Positions 1 to 12,699 of a stretch of 64,000 bases of DNA are shown in pieces (position 1 is the stretch's first letter; each line of letters starts with the position of its first letter). The translations under genes were made by a program, and so were the position numbers. Under the pieces are notes generated by a model, which was given only the letters and a program-made list of their open reading frames with translations, was not told the DNA's origin and made no database searches. Source of the DNA: Pecten maximus. Its lineage: Eukaryota. The stretch lies in the NCBI RefSeq assembly GCF_902652985.1, contig NC_047029.1:22134001-22198000 (forward strand). The letters are read 5' to 3'.

Positions 1-546
1 TGACCTTGGATGTTGGTGTCCCCTAGACACCCATCCTCATATGACCTTGGATGTTGGTGTCCCCTAGACATCTATCCTCACATGACCTTGGATATTGGTG
101 TCCCCTAGACACCGATCCTCATATGACCTTGGATGTTGGTGTCCCCTAGACACCCATCCTCATATGACCTTGGATGTTGGTGTCCCCTAGACACCCATCC
201 TCATATGACCTTGGATGTTAGTGTCCCCTAGACATCTATCCTCACATGACCTTGGATATTGGTGTCCCCTAGACACCGATCCTCATATGACCTTGGATGT
301 TGGTGTCCCCTAGACACCCATCCTCTTGGCCTTGGATGTTGGTGTCCCCTAGACACCCATCCTCATATGACCTTGGATGTTGGTGTCCCCTAGACATTTA
401 TCCTCACATGGCCTTGGATATTGGTGTCCCCTAGACACCGATCCTCATATGACCTTGGATGTTGGTGTCCCCTAGACACCCATCCTCATATGGCCTTGGA
501 TGTTGGTGTCCCCTAGACACCCATCCTTATATGACCTTGGATGTTG
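1..546. repeat. 41-bp minisatellite (continues beyond window start)
   Basis: Unit tgaccttggatgttggtgtcccctagacacccatcctcata, about 13 copies. Confidence 0.97.
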
Positions 547-1904
547 CGAAAACGTTAAACCTCAAACAGACAATAACCGAATAAGAAAAAATGCGGTAAA
601 CTTTTTTCGCGATCACAAGTTCAGGTGTTTTTTTAGTCGTTCCTTTTGTTCTCGACCTCCTATCTAAAGCCTGTAGAAACTGTGACCTTCCCTTAAATAA
701 TAATCTTTACATCAGAATATCGAAGCATAACTTTAAATGCTATTAATTTATATCTTTTGTAAAAGTTCTCTTAAGTCTAGGACCAAAAAAAGTGACACAC
801 ACGTGTGTGTAGGATTGACAAAACAACTTGAAACGATGCGTTATTTGTTGAACACGTTTTATTACATAAATGGTACAAAGAAATAAAACAAATTATTTAG
901 ATTTCACAAGGCGAACCATTATACTTGACTGTAACCCCTCCTATTATCTCCGATACAAAATAAGCTGTCAAAATCCTATTTTAGTCAGTCCACTGATCAC
1001 AATGAAATATCTAGTCAAGCTTTAATAAAACGGCCTTTCTAGCATAAACTACCCAACATTGTAAACAAGTAATAATGATTTCAGCAACTGTTTACCCTAA
1101 CAATGAAGACAACAAGCTCTGATAATATAAAATGATGTTCCTATAATTATCACCAGTGTAGGATATCACGTGAGGTCACGTGACTACACTCAGTCACTTT
1201 CGTCAGACAAAAGGCCAAGGGAGGGCATGTCCATCGAGAATTATTGATGAAATCTATCTGCGTTTTTTCCAATAAACATCAAAAGATTGTTCAAAATTCA
1301 TAGTCCATGAATAACAATTACAATTCACAAAAGTGTGTGATTGCATTTCATAAAAGCCTGATTGAATTTCATTAAACGTGATTGATATTCATTGAATTAT
1401 TTTAGATATCCATACAAGGATGATTGAAATTCATAAAGCCATTGTTGACAGCTGCGACTGGTATTCTTGTTATAACTGAAATTCCTAATTATGATTCATT
1501 TGAATTAAAAATGTACATGCAAGAAACTGATAAATACCTACTGAAATATTAACGTAACAAACCGCTATAAATCTGACAAGTGTCCTGTTTACGTTGGGAT
1601 TATACTAGTTTGATACTTTGGACGTTTGTAAGTGATAGATGATGCTAACGATGTCACTGTCTATTTTTGTCTCTAGGCGCCCTGGCAACAGACTGGTCAT
1701 ACATGTATTAGAGCGGATGACTAGCGAGCCATTAACATACATATACAGAGGCAAACGCATAAAACGATAGATGGGGAATAATAGAAACGGGTTAATTTAA
1801 AATTATCACAAACGCCGGTAAACACGTGGAAATATTATCACTAGTAATACAAAAATCCAAACAAAGCTGAAGATAGTTTATGACGATTTCAGATAATCCG
1901 CAGT

Positions 1905-2117
1905 CTAAGATGACGCCATCGCTATTTCCTTTGTCGTTTTCGTCTCGCACTGCTTGCTGACTCTGTACTTCACGTTCACGTCATCATCGTCGTAATCTGC
2001 ATCATCATCGTAATCGTCTGGGTAGGGGTTGATGACTTGCAGCATTTTCAATACTTGCTCTGCACTTGGCCTTTTCAACGGGTTAGCATTTGTACATTTC
2101 TGGGCGACGTCCCGTAG
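1905..2117 (-). CDS. Probable protein kinase, terminal exon (subdomain XI + acidic tail)
   Basis: ctttttcag| acceptor. Reads LRDVAQKCTNANPLKRPSAEQVLKMLQVINPYPDDYDDDADYDDDDVNVK...MASS*. The C...P..RP.A..+L pattern is typical of kinase subdomain XI. Confidence 0.75.
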   Translation of the reverse strand, partial: LRDVAQKCTNANPLKRPSAEQVLKMLQVINPYPDDYDDDADYDDDDVNVKYRVSKQCETKTTKEIAMASS

Positions 2118-2931
2118 CTGAAAAAGAGATATTCAAATCGTAAAAAAAAACATTATAGGTTATTCGTAGGTTTTATGACACGTATATATATATATATATA
2201 TAGTTCAAGCTGTATATTATGGTAAAAATATGAAACTTGGCACCATATGACACCATAAACGATGTTCAGACCAAGTTTTTATACTTTTACCATAAAATTC
2301 ATTTTTTTTTCTTTCTCAAACCTGATAATAACAATATAATTTCAACCGTTTGAAGGGTAGGGATTAGCGTGAAATTATTTTCTCTATGTTATGCAATAGG
2401 TGGCGTGACTGTCTGCAATTTGCACGTGCAAATCCTTACCGTGTGTTACCTGAACATGTACGTGTCATTCAGGCGACACAGGTAGCGGCGGTAAGACGGA
2501 ATTTTTTTTTTAATTATAAAAATTGGGGCTAGTTTTGGCGAAAATATAATTCAAATACTTTGATTGATTTTATTTCTGTATTTTGTGTTGTATATTCTAT
2601 TGGATAATTGAATAGAGAAATGATAATACACAACGTGTTGTAGTTGTTGTTGCTACAGCTTGCCACCTACCTATATTTCTTGGTATTCACAGACAAATAT
2701 GTTGCTGCAAATGGAAGTTAAAGTGAAACATGCCAAGAGTGTCTGTCGTTATTGCAGGTTTGTCCATCATACCAAAAGTCATACGAGTTCTACACATTGC
2801 TATTTTGTGGACAATATCATTTACGGCAAGTGAAAATTAAGAGAATAACACATTGATATAATTCGATTTAAACATGTTCACCGAAATTCCAGTTACACTA
2901 TGAACGATGGTACGCCATTCCGTCGTTTCCC

Positions 2932-3014
2932 CATCTGCGCTAGCCAATGTTTCTCATTACGTTACACTCAAAAGTGGAGTGTAATGTTATCAGAAGCCTT
3001 GGCTAGCGAAGATG
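2932..3014. mobile_element. Foldback MITE
   Basis: catct.cgctagccaa...ttggctagcgaagatg, with 9-bp TSD tcgtttccc/tcgtttcct. Confidence 0.8.
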
Positions 3015-3595
3015 TCGTTTCCTACTCTACAAAGCCTTGGGATCCAGGGCCTTGTCACTGTTAACATCATACTGACGCAGTGAATGACTTGTGTGTGGCT
3101 TTGATCTGTCATTTCATTAATTTTCATCCTTTAAGCAATCTAATTACGTCATTACGTAACGGAGTGGGAGTGAAGATGTTGATTTTAAGTAGAATGTCCA
3201 TTAGTTTAACATATAGGTGTATTGTAATTGAACAATGTTAGCGAAAGGGAATTCATGGAAATACACAAAGAAGGAATTCAGCAAAAGGAGAGGAATTTCA
3301 GAGAGAAGAAATAAAGCGGCATGGCGACGTCGAATTAAGCGAGTTTGGATTAATCGAGAGCATGCCGTACGTGTAGACTAGCGAGGGACTAAGTACAGAT
3401 TGTCACCAGAACAGTAGACTTGGATGTTAATATTATAGGCTCATGAATATTTTATCGTTCCACGTGGGTTTGTTTATGTGGAAGGTAAACAAAACACACT
3501 ATGCTGTCTCCAAGCCCCCTCATACAAATCTATATCTGTTCGTATTTTGCCCGTTTTTTTTTTTATTGATTTCGAGTTTTAGAATTACGGTTTCG

Positions 3596-3671
3596 CAATC
3601 GCAACATCTCGGGGGAAATTTCCGGCAACACCCGAGTGTTGCCGGAAATTTCCCCCGAGATGTTGCGATTG
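3596..3671. mobile_element. Perfect 76-bp foldback MITE
   Basis: 36-bp perfect arms, 4-nt loop, perfect 9-bp TSD acggtttcg. Confidence 0.9.
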
Positions 3672-3941
3672 ACGGTTTCGCTCTAGTTTGCCCGTCGGTA
3701 TTCTCCGTGTTTGTCTATCAAGAAACCCGGTCCCGATTTTACATTGTACAAAGTAAGATGTTATTTTTGTAACGTATTTTAATGAACGAACATGGTGTTA
3801 TATTATTCATTGTAATAGCATTGAGGTGACTGATATTCGCAATTTAATTCTAAGCGGACTGCTCAACATTCCCTTGTCAAATAATGGTACGGCTTTAAAA
3901 TGTATGTGCCAATATTATATCGAAGAGGATCACAAACGTAC

Positions 3942-4159
3942 CACAGATAACATCTTTTCTTCCTCAGCACTAAGCGCCTCGACGACTTGATTGTCTGTAG
4001 TCTTCTCTCCGCTTGACACAGACGACGATGTCACTGACGAGGACGCTGCAGGTGTTGGTGATGATTTTCCTGTCACGTGATCTTTCTTGCATCCCTCCTC
4101 GGGTTCTATTGCCAACTCTATTCTGTCAATATCCGGCTCATATGCCACATTGACGTTAT
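3942..4159 (-). CDS. Probable kinase gene, penultimate exon (low complexity)
   Basis: ttcctcag| acceptor, |gtacgt donor, 218 nt, phase 1-0, joining in frame to the 2117 exon. Reads DNVNVAYEPDIDRIELAIE...EEEKMLSV. Confidence 0.72.
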
Positions 4160-5306
4160 CTGAGGAAGTAATAATGTCAGTTAATGTCAATCAAACATCA
4201 TAGTACATATTGATTGTATCCGAATCTCTGTATTTATTTAAACAGGGATATTTCCTGGAGTTGTTATGACAACCGAGTATTGTTCGCACCCACCTGATAA
4301 GTTTGTGATGCAAAACCTCAGACAGATTTATGTATTTCACTGTTAAAATCAGCAACAAATGTTTTATTTATATAGAAAATCAATTTTTATCTTTCAATAT
4401 CCTGATGTCACTAAATTGTCCGACCATACAGCAAGTTTTGTCTCCTGGAGGGACATAAAGCAAATACATCGTCCAATAATCACTCTAAAATATGTATGAT
4501 GTTTACATATGGGTCGATAGACATATGGAGTTTACGACAATTACTGCCAGTGTTTCATCAATAGTATAGCAGATGAGAGTCTGTTTTAACTGTCAACTAA
4601 CCCGTCACTGATTTAGTTCTAGGTTATATAGCATTGTGTTTGATTCATAAATATTGGCATTTTAACTAAACGCCACAGTTTTTTCTCGATATACGGAAGA
4701 CAGAGATAAATTTTAATCATATTTGATCGTAAGAGTAAATAGTAGAGTTGACATAGATTACAGTCCAAGCATTTTAAGTCACAATTAAACAACTGATCAA
4801 ATATATTCTGGTTATAAATAATTGTTTTAGGCGTACATAAATTGTTTATTGATTAACAAGAATTCCAAATCGTGCATTTTAACTCTGATAAGGAAACTAA
4901 AGATCACAGTGAAATATCATAATCTTTGTCCGAGATTTCGACATGATTTCAAAGGAAATATTAGAATGTTATGCCACAAAAGTATTTAGTTACCAGTATT
5001 GTCATGCACGGATTCAAGACAGGCAAGTGGTTTTATAACACGATCCAACTTGCCCCAAAGACACTTTTTTTTTTTTTTACAAAACTGTCTATAACAGCTA
5101 TTTGATTCTGTTCCTAACGTAACACACTTCGTTTTAGATTCATTTTAGGCCTATATAAAGATTGCTTTCCTCTGTTCAGTTTGTGATCTTTATATACATG
5201 TATATGTCTGCCTTTAAGCTGTCTGTATTTGTAATTTACCTAAGTAGCGTCTGTTGGACAAATATGATAAACTTTAAGGTTTCAATGTTTTGCCCGACAT
5301 ACATAC

Positions 5307-5379
5307 CTGTCTTCCTCGACCGACTGGTACTGTCTTCTTCCGCCACGACATCCTCGTAATCTGGCGGGGTTTCTTGTCT
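5307..5379 (-). CDS. Probable kinase gene exon, 5' part lost in N-gap
   Basis: Reads RQETPPDYEDVVAEEDSTSRSRKT, then G|gtatgt phase-1 donor compatible with the 4159 exon. Confidence 0.68.
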
Positions 5380-5529
5380 NNNNNNNNNNNNNNNNNNNNN
5401 NNNNNNNNNNNNNNNNNNNNNNNNNNNNNNNNNNNNNNNNNNNNNNNNNNNNNNNNNNNNNNNNNNNNNNNNNNNNNNNNNNNNNNNNNNNNNNNNNNNN
5501 NNNNNNNNNNNNNNNNNNNNNNNNNNNNT
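5380..5529. other. Assembly gap
   Basis: 150 N. Confidence 1.
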
Positions 5530-6483
5530 ACGAGGCAAGGTATATGTTACAATGTCAACACTCCTAATGTGTCCGTCAGTATATCAGGGGAAATATATCA
5601 TAAACGTGTCAGTTTTATTCAAAGAAAACTTCATTCATAACCCAGAATTGGTAAAACGAGGACGAATCTGAACAAAATATATACATTATTTGTATTTGAA
5701 CCATTGAAAAGGGTATAAGGAGAACAAGACCACGAGTTCCGATAGGGTGAGCGTCCCTTGCTTCATCTACAATATCAAATGTGCAAATCTCGGTCAAATG
5801 ATGACAACCTTTGTGCTCAATAACCTCGAAGAATGTTATTGTTGTCATCATCTGAATTTTCCCATGTAAGATAACCAGGTGATGTTGGCTACAATAATTA
5901 TACATATGTATATACATTGTACATGTATTGTTACATGTATAAAAATCCACACAAGATATTAGCCTGTAAGTGATACTATTGCAAGGTACAATGTGGATTC
6001 CATCACGCTGTTGTCTCGATAGTGAAAAGTATGTCTTTACCCCAATTCTCGCTATATAGAGGATTACCACTGAAAGAACGTCTATAATTACATTTATAGA
6101 TTTATGTACCTAATACAATCTAACACTCCTGTTCATTTGACGTTTAATCAAACTCTGTAATGGAAACCATTAATATATGCATGATCGTCTTTTATCCTAC
6201 TCCTGAATCATTGGAATTTATTCGCATGTGCATCTAAAGAAAGGGTTAATCGACAAAAAAATGAATAATAAAATGAGTTTACCGTTGTAATTAATATATA
6301 CAATACATGCTATGTATAATACATCTGAGGAAAAATCTATTTATTTTGCATGTTTCGCGATGCATATATTCATTCTAAAACAAAGTTCAAAACTCGAAGA
6401 CTCTGCTAAACTTGAAGTAAAATTTAGATCCGACAGAGAAAATGGTCTTCAAAATACTTACTATTATCTCACTGACTTCGCCA

Positions 6484-7045
6484 TGAGGGGACGGGTGTAT
6501 AGGGGGACGACTACAGTCAGGGTCATGTGAGGACGGGTGTATAGGGGAACGACAACAGTCAGGGTCATGTGAGGACGGGTGTATAGGGGAACGACAACAG
6601 TCAGGGTCATGTGAGGACTGGTGTATAGGGGAACGCCAACAGTCAGGGTCATGTGAGGACGGGTGTATAGGGGAACGACAACAGTCAGGGTCATGTGGGG
6701 ACGGGTGTATAGGGGAACGCCAACAGTCAGGGTCATGTGGGGACGGGTGTATAGGGGAACGACAACAGTCAGGGTCATGTGGGGACGGGTGTATAGGGGA
6801 ACGCCAACAGTCAGGGTCATGTGGGGATGGGTGTATAGGGGAACGCCAACAGTCAGGGTCATGTGGGGACGGGTGTATAGGGGAACGACAGCAGTCAGGG
6901 TCATGTGAGGACTGGTGTATAGGGGAACGCCAACAGTCAGGGTCATGTGGGGACGGGTGTATAGGGGAACGACAACAGTCAGGGTCATGTGGGGACGGGT
7001 GTATAGGGGAACGCCAACAGTCAGGGTTATGTGGGGACGGGTGTT
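6484..7045. repeat. 42-bp minisatellite
   Basis: Unit ggacgggtgtataggggaacgacaacagtcagggtcatgtgg, about 13 copies. Confidence 0.97.
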
Positions 7046-7599
7046 AAACGGACAGGACTAAGAAGAATAAGAATCAAATATCTAAAGTGTTGCGAGGAAA
7101 GCTGAATATGTACAACGAGAAGTTCACACGAATTTTCCTATTGTATATGATGAGCGGAGAATCATTTAAATTTACAATTATACAGTGCTTGTTGTTATTG
7201 ATTTAATTTAATACACACACACGTTCACTATATAAACAATATCTATACTAGTGTCCCCGCTTGGCATGTAATTACTCACATGACTCACAATAGGTTAGGC
7301 TGTTGTTTCACTGACGGGGTTTTCCATTTAATTCACTATGATATCACTGTTAATCAATTACTAAGGCTAAACTGTACATCATTAGTTATAATTATCAACA
7401 TTAATCAAATGCCAGTAGGTTACAATACCGTAGCAGCCCATTGTCCCATCAGTAACAGTCACTGTGTACAGTAGACCATTGTTAAATCGTGAAATTTATT
7501 TCATAAAGGTAATTTGAAGAAATATAAGTTAAACGAAAAGCAACTTAAACAACGAATGAATAAATAGGCAATGCTACACTTTAAGGTTTCTTAAAAGCA

Positions 7600-8789
7600 T
7601 AGATTTATTGTATATTCAACGAGGGATGTCAGATATCTAGGATGTATTGTATATAAACGAGGGATGTCAGATATCTAGAATTTATTGTATATAAACGGGG
7701 GATGTCAGATATCTAGGATGTATTGTATATAAACGAGGGATGTCAGATATCTAGGATGTATTGTATATAAACGAGGGATGTCAGATATCTAGGATTTATT
7801 GTATATAAACGAAGGATGTCAGATATCTAGGATGTATTGTATATAAACGAGGGATGTCAGATATCTAGGATGTATTGTATATAAACGAGGGATGTCAGAT
7901 ATCTAGGATTTATTGTATATAAACGGGGGATGTCAGATATCTAGGATGTATTGTATGTAAACGAGGGATGTCAGATATCTAGGATTTATTGTATATAAAC
8001 GAGGGATGTCAGATATCTAGGATTTATTGTATATAAACGAGGGATGTCAGATATCTAGGATTTATTGTATATAAACGAGGGATGTCAGATATCTAGGATT
8101 TATTGTATATAAACGAGGGATGTCAGATATCTAGGATTTATTGTATATAAACGAAGGATGTCAGATATCTAGGATTTATTGTATATAAACGAAGGATGTC
8201 AGATATCTAGGATTTATTGTATATAAACGAAGGATGTCAGATATCTAGGATTTATTGTATATAAACGAGGGATGTCAGATATCTAGGATTTATTGTATAT
8301 AAACGAGGGATGTCAGATATCTAGGATTTATTGTATATAAACGAGGGATGTCAGATATCTAGGATTTATTGTATATAAACGAAGGATGTCAGATATCCAG
8401 GATGTATTGTATATAAACGAGGGATGTCAGATATCGAGGATTTATTGTATATAAACGGGGGATGTCAGATATCTAGGATTTATTGTATATAAACGGGGGT
8501 TGTCAGATATCTAGGATTTATTGTATATAAACGAAGGATGTCAGATATCTAGGATGTATTGTATATAAACGAAGGATGTCAGATATCTAGGATTTATTGT
8601 ATATAAACGAAGGATGTCAGATATCTAGGATTTATTGTATATAAACGAGGGATGTCAGATATCTAGGATTTATTGTATATAAACGAAGGATGTCAGATAT
8701 CGAGGATTTATTGTATATAAACGGGGGATGTCAGATATCTAGGATTTATTGTATATAAACGAGGGATGTCAGATATCCAGGATTTATTG
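7600..8789. repeat. 38-bp minisatellite
   Basis: Unit gatttattgtatataaacgagggatgtcagatatctag, about 31 copies. Confidence 0.97.
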
Positions 8790-8944
8790 GAAACATTTAT
8801 ACTCCGATTCAACAAACAATGTTAATGTAGCCAATACGATAACAATAAGATATATTCAATATTCAGCTTAAAATTCTCAAATTAAATGAGTCAATGTATG
8901 TTTAGCTTCCCTTCGCCACGTCCTATGTATGGGCACTTCAGGCA

Positions 8945-9798
8945 CTTAGTGTAGCTCACTTAGTATCATATTAGGTCGAATGTATGGTGTAGCTTGCTTC
9001 GAGTCATATAAGGTCGAATGTATGGTGTAGCTTGCTTCGAGTCATAGAAGGTCGAATGTATGGTATAAGCTCACTTCGAGTCATAGAAGGTCGAATGTAT
9101 GGTGTAGCTCACTTTGAGTCATACAAGGTCGAATGTATGGTGTAGCTTACCTCGAGTCATACAAGGTCGAATGTATGGTGTAGCTCACTTCGAGTCATAC
9201 AAGGTCGAATGTATGGTGTAGCTCACTTCGAGTCATAGAAGGTCGAATGTATGGTGTAGCTTGCTTCGAGTCATATAAGGTCGAATGTATAGTGTAGCTT
9301 GCTTCGAGTCATATAAGGTCGAATGTATGGTGTAGCTTGCTTCGAGTCATAGAAGGTCGAATGTATGGTGTAGCTCACTTTGAGTCATACAAGGTCGAAT
9401 GCATGGTGTAGCTTACCTCAAGTCAAAGAAGGTCGTATGTATGGTATAGTCCACTTCGAGTCATAGAAAGTCAAATGTACATGTATGGTGTAGCTTACTT
9501 CGAGTCAGAAGGTCGAATGTATGGTGTAGTTCACTTCGAGTCACAGAAGGTCGAATGTATGGTGTAGCTCACTTCGAGTCACAGAAGGTCGAATGTATGG
9601 TGTAGCTCACTTCGAGTCACAGAAGGTCGAATGTATGGTGTAGCTCACTTCGAGTCAGAAGGTCGAATGTATGGTGTAGTTCACTTCGAGTCAGAAGGTC
9701 GAATGTATGGTGTAGTTCACTTCGAGTCACAGAAGGTCGAATGTATGGTGTAGCTCACTTCGAGTCACAGAAGGTCGAATGTATGGTGTAGTTCACTT
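8945..9798. repeat. 38-bp minisatellite (unrelated to the neighbouring array)
   Basis: Unit aaggtcgaatgtatggtgtagctcacttcgagtcatag, about 22 copies. Confidence 0.97.
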
Positions 9799-9912
9799 TA
9801 TACTGGCTCAACTGTAGCTAACACTCAATAGATTAAGTATGTTTTTCAAATCCATATAAAACAGATATAGGTAATGTTATAATACAATAAATCTCATAAA
9901 TCATAAACTTAC

Positions 9913-10215
9913 GTATGCGGGTCCACAGACATCCTCAGTCCGGGTCGGCGGCTGCTGCTGCTGGGACGATAGACAGCTGTACATATACGTACAAATGTGT
10001 CTGCTACTGGATGAAGTCGATTAATATTGTCCCCGTGGACTGTTCAATCGTACTTCATCGCGGAATGTACAAAGTGCCATTTAAAGAGGCGTCACAGTGA
10101 TAGTGGCTATACATAGGAGTCATCCCACAGTAATGACTGCTTAAAGTTCACATCCTACGTCAACGGACAATGTTTTTCTCTGTGTGAGAATTACTTGCTT
10201 TGATCAAATTTTTGT
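9913..10215 (-). other. Candidate exon (mostly non-coding, possible start codons near its 3' end)
   Basis: atttcacag| acceptor, |gtaagt donor. Possible starts MSVDPHT (phase 2) or MYSCLSSQQQQPP...AY (phase 0). Gene assignment unclear. Confidence 0.4.
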
Positions 10216-10525
10216 CTGTGAAATAACAGACATAATACATTTGATGAAATCAGCACTGCTTATGTCATCACTCGCATGACAGAATATACCTACATTTCGC
10301 ACTTGTGAAAAAAGCCTACCTCGTAAAAAATGTATATGGAGTATTCAACAGCAAACCATTCCATAACATATATGCATTTTTTATTCGTAAAATTTAAGAA
10401 TGACGTAGCTTATGACAGTTTAATTCTGACGCAATTATTTTCTATACTTCCTCAGTGTATATTCATCTGTTTCTTGTCGTTCTTTAGAGATAAAAGATGT
10501 TTTATTTTGGGCTTGTGTTTTTGAG

Positions 10526-11122
10526 TTGAGGTATGTTTTGTCGTGTATGTATGTTGATGTTGAGGTATGTTTTGTCGTGTATGTTGATGTTGAGGTATGT
10601 TTTGTCGTGTGTGTTGATGTTGAGGTATGTTGTGTCGTGTATGTTGATACTGAGGTATGTTTTGTGGTGTGTGTTGATACTGAGGTATGTTGTGTCGTGT
10701 ATGTTGATGTTGAGGTATGTTTTGTCATGTGTGTTGATACTGAGGTATGCTTTGTCGTGTATGTTGATACTGAGGTATGTTTTGTCGTGTGTGTTGATAC
10801 TGAAGTATGTTTTGTGGTGTGTGTTGATGTTGAGGTATGTTTTGTCGTGTGTGTTGATACTGAGGTATGTTTTGTCGTGTATGTTGATACTGAGGTATGT
10901 TTTGTCGTGTGTGTTGATACTGAGGTATGTTTTGTCGTGTGTGTTGATATTGAGGTATGTTTTGTCGTGTATGTTGATACTGAGGTATGTTTTGTCGTGT
11001 GTGTTGATACTGAGGTATGTTTTGTCGTGTGTGTTGATGTTGAGGTATGTTTTGTCGTGTGTGTTGATGTTGTGTGTGTTTTGTCGTGTGTGTTGATGTC
11101 GAGGTATGGTTTGTCGTGTGTA
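10526..11122. repeat. 30-bp minisatellite
   Basis: Unit tgaggtatgttttgtcgtgtgtgttgatac; produces the four repetitive ORFs in the track. Confidence 0.97.
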
Positions 11123-11133
11123 AAACATCTTAC

Positions 11134-11269
11134 CATTTCCTCTGGTCAAAAGCTGTCTCATTCGTCATTCAAAGCCGTATGGTTTGCAGAGCCTAATAGT
11201 GAACGCATAAAGAGCTGTCTTTGTTTAATTTCCCTTATACTCGAAACACTTTTTCTACTTAAGTGGCAT
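11134..11269 (-). other. Candidate non-coding exon
   Basis: ttttttaaag| acceptor and G|gtaaga donor; stops in all three frames. Confidence 0.3.
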
Positions 11270-12699
11270 CTTTAAAAAACAAATATAAACTTCAATGCTT
11301 ATGAATAACATTTGAACGAATGAGATCAAAAGAGTTATGTCCTAATAATTTCGGGCCTTGGGTATTACTTTAATAAATTCACCACACTACACATTGGCTA
11401 TCAGTTTTCTTAGCACCAGTAATGTCCATTTAATTGGTTTGTTCAATTTACTAAACATCTGCTATTGTTTTAATTAACCGGAACATACTTCATAGTCAAC
11501 ACTTTTGAGTTGCATGATAACGAAAGAAACATTTTCCTGATAAACGTGTCTGGACACTCTCCAGAAAATCCTTAAAAAAGTGAGGCACCGAATATCAACA
11601 ACTGACAAAGAAAAATTATTTATAAAGAAAAATGATTAAGTAAAATATGATATAACTAACAATGGCGTGAAATCTAAGACCTTCAATTGGCAGATGAAGC
11701 AGAAATCAATATTTTCGGCTGCTCAAAACGGATGTTAATACTCTCGTGTTGCTACTAGCTTCAAACTGTAAAAAATATGCACACTAAAAAATGTGGATGA
11801 CCGTGGAAAAAAAACGAAAATCAACTTTAATTGTAAATCTTAAAAGTAAATTGGATTTGCATAACTCTCTGTCAGACATCTTTTGTTAAAACTGAAAATG
11901 TAAACCAGCATCCTAAATATTGTAGTGGTTGCGTTAACTTTCGGTTTCCGGACCCTGGAATATCGAGAATGGTATTAAAATGTGATAATCATAAAGAGCT
12001 AGAAAGGACTAACTCATAATGTAGTGAGAGCTTCTTCACAGCTTTTACTTTCATACAATTTCATTGATCGTTTTCATCATACAAAAAAAGTAATGTACAA
12101 AGATTGTCTAAAAAGACGGAAATATCTATCTATACATGGAACATACAGCAACATATATTGAATTGTTCTCAAACCAACCTGTCGAGTTAATGTAGGTGAA
12201 TTATGATATCTACATATACAGGTTATAACGACGTCGTTGTAATGATCATTCCAATCCTACGGAGCTTTGTCCAACTAATGAGAATCTCTTTATTAATTGG
12301 CTTGTCATAAGGATATCGGTAACACGTGATTTCCTTGGTTGTTCAGGTTGAAACGTATTATATCACGAGGTATAGAAGATAAATTAATTTGGAACCAGAG
12401 GGAAATGAAAAATCCACCTTAGCATTGTAATATATCTAACACGGGCGATATTTGATAAAATGCTTGATATTATTTCTAAGTGAATCTTTTGTGCATATAA
12501 AACCGGTGATGTCATAAAAATAATAATTGAAGTCTGATTATCGATACAAATAATGAAATAAACACAAAGAAGACCACACATTTCCTTTATAATTTCGTCG
12601 ATGACTAATTCGCCAAATGTTTTTGGATCATTACCCATAAAAAATGTTTTCTTTATTTTTCTACTTTTAAATATGACCCATACTGACGGATATACTATA

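Noticed and set aside
3596-3671. Pre-miRNA or terminator hairpin
   Set aside because: Perfect arms plus a 9-bp TSD indicate a MITE insertion.
5809-5851. Candidate small exon MMTTITFFEVIEHK
   Set aside because: Weak polypyrimidine tract and donor, adjacent to a repeat fragment, with no recognisable motif.
7600-9798. CRISPR-like regular 38-bp repeats
   Set aside because: Head-to-tail with no unique spacers, in eukaryotic DNA, with no cas genes.
10435-11275. Four overlapping repetitive ORFs
   Set aside because: Artefacts of the 30-bp minisatellite.
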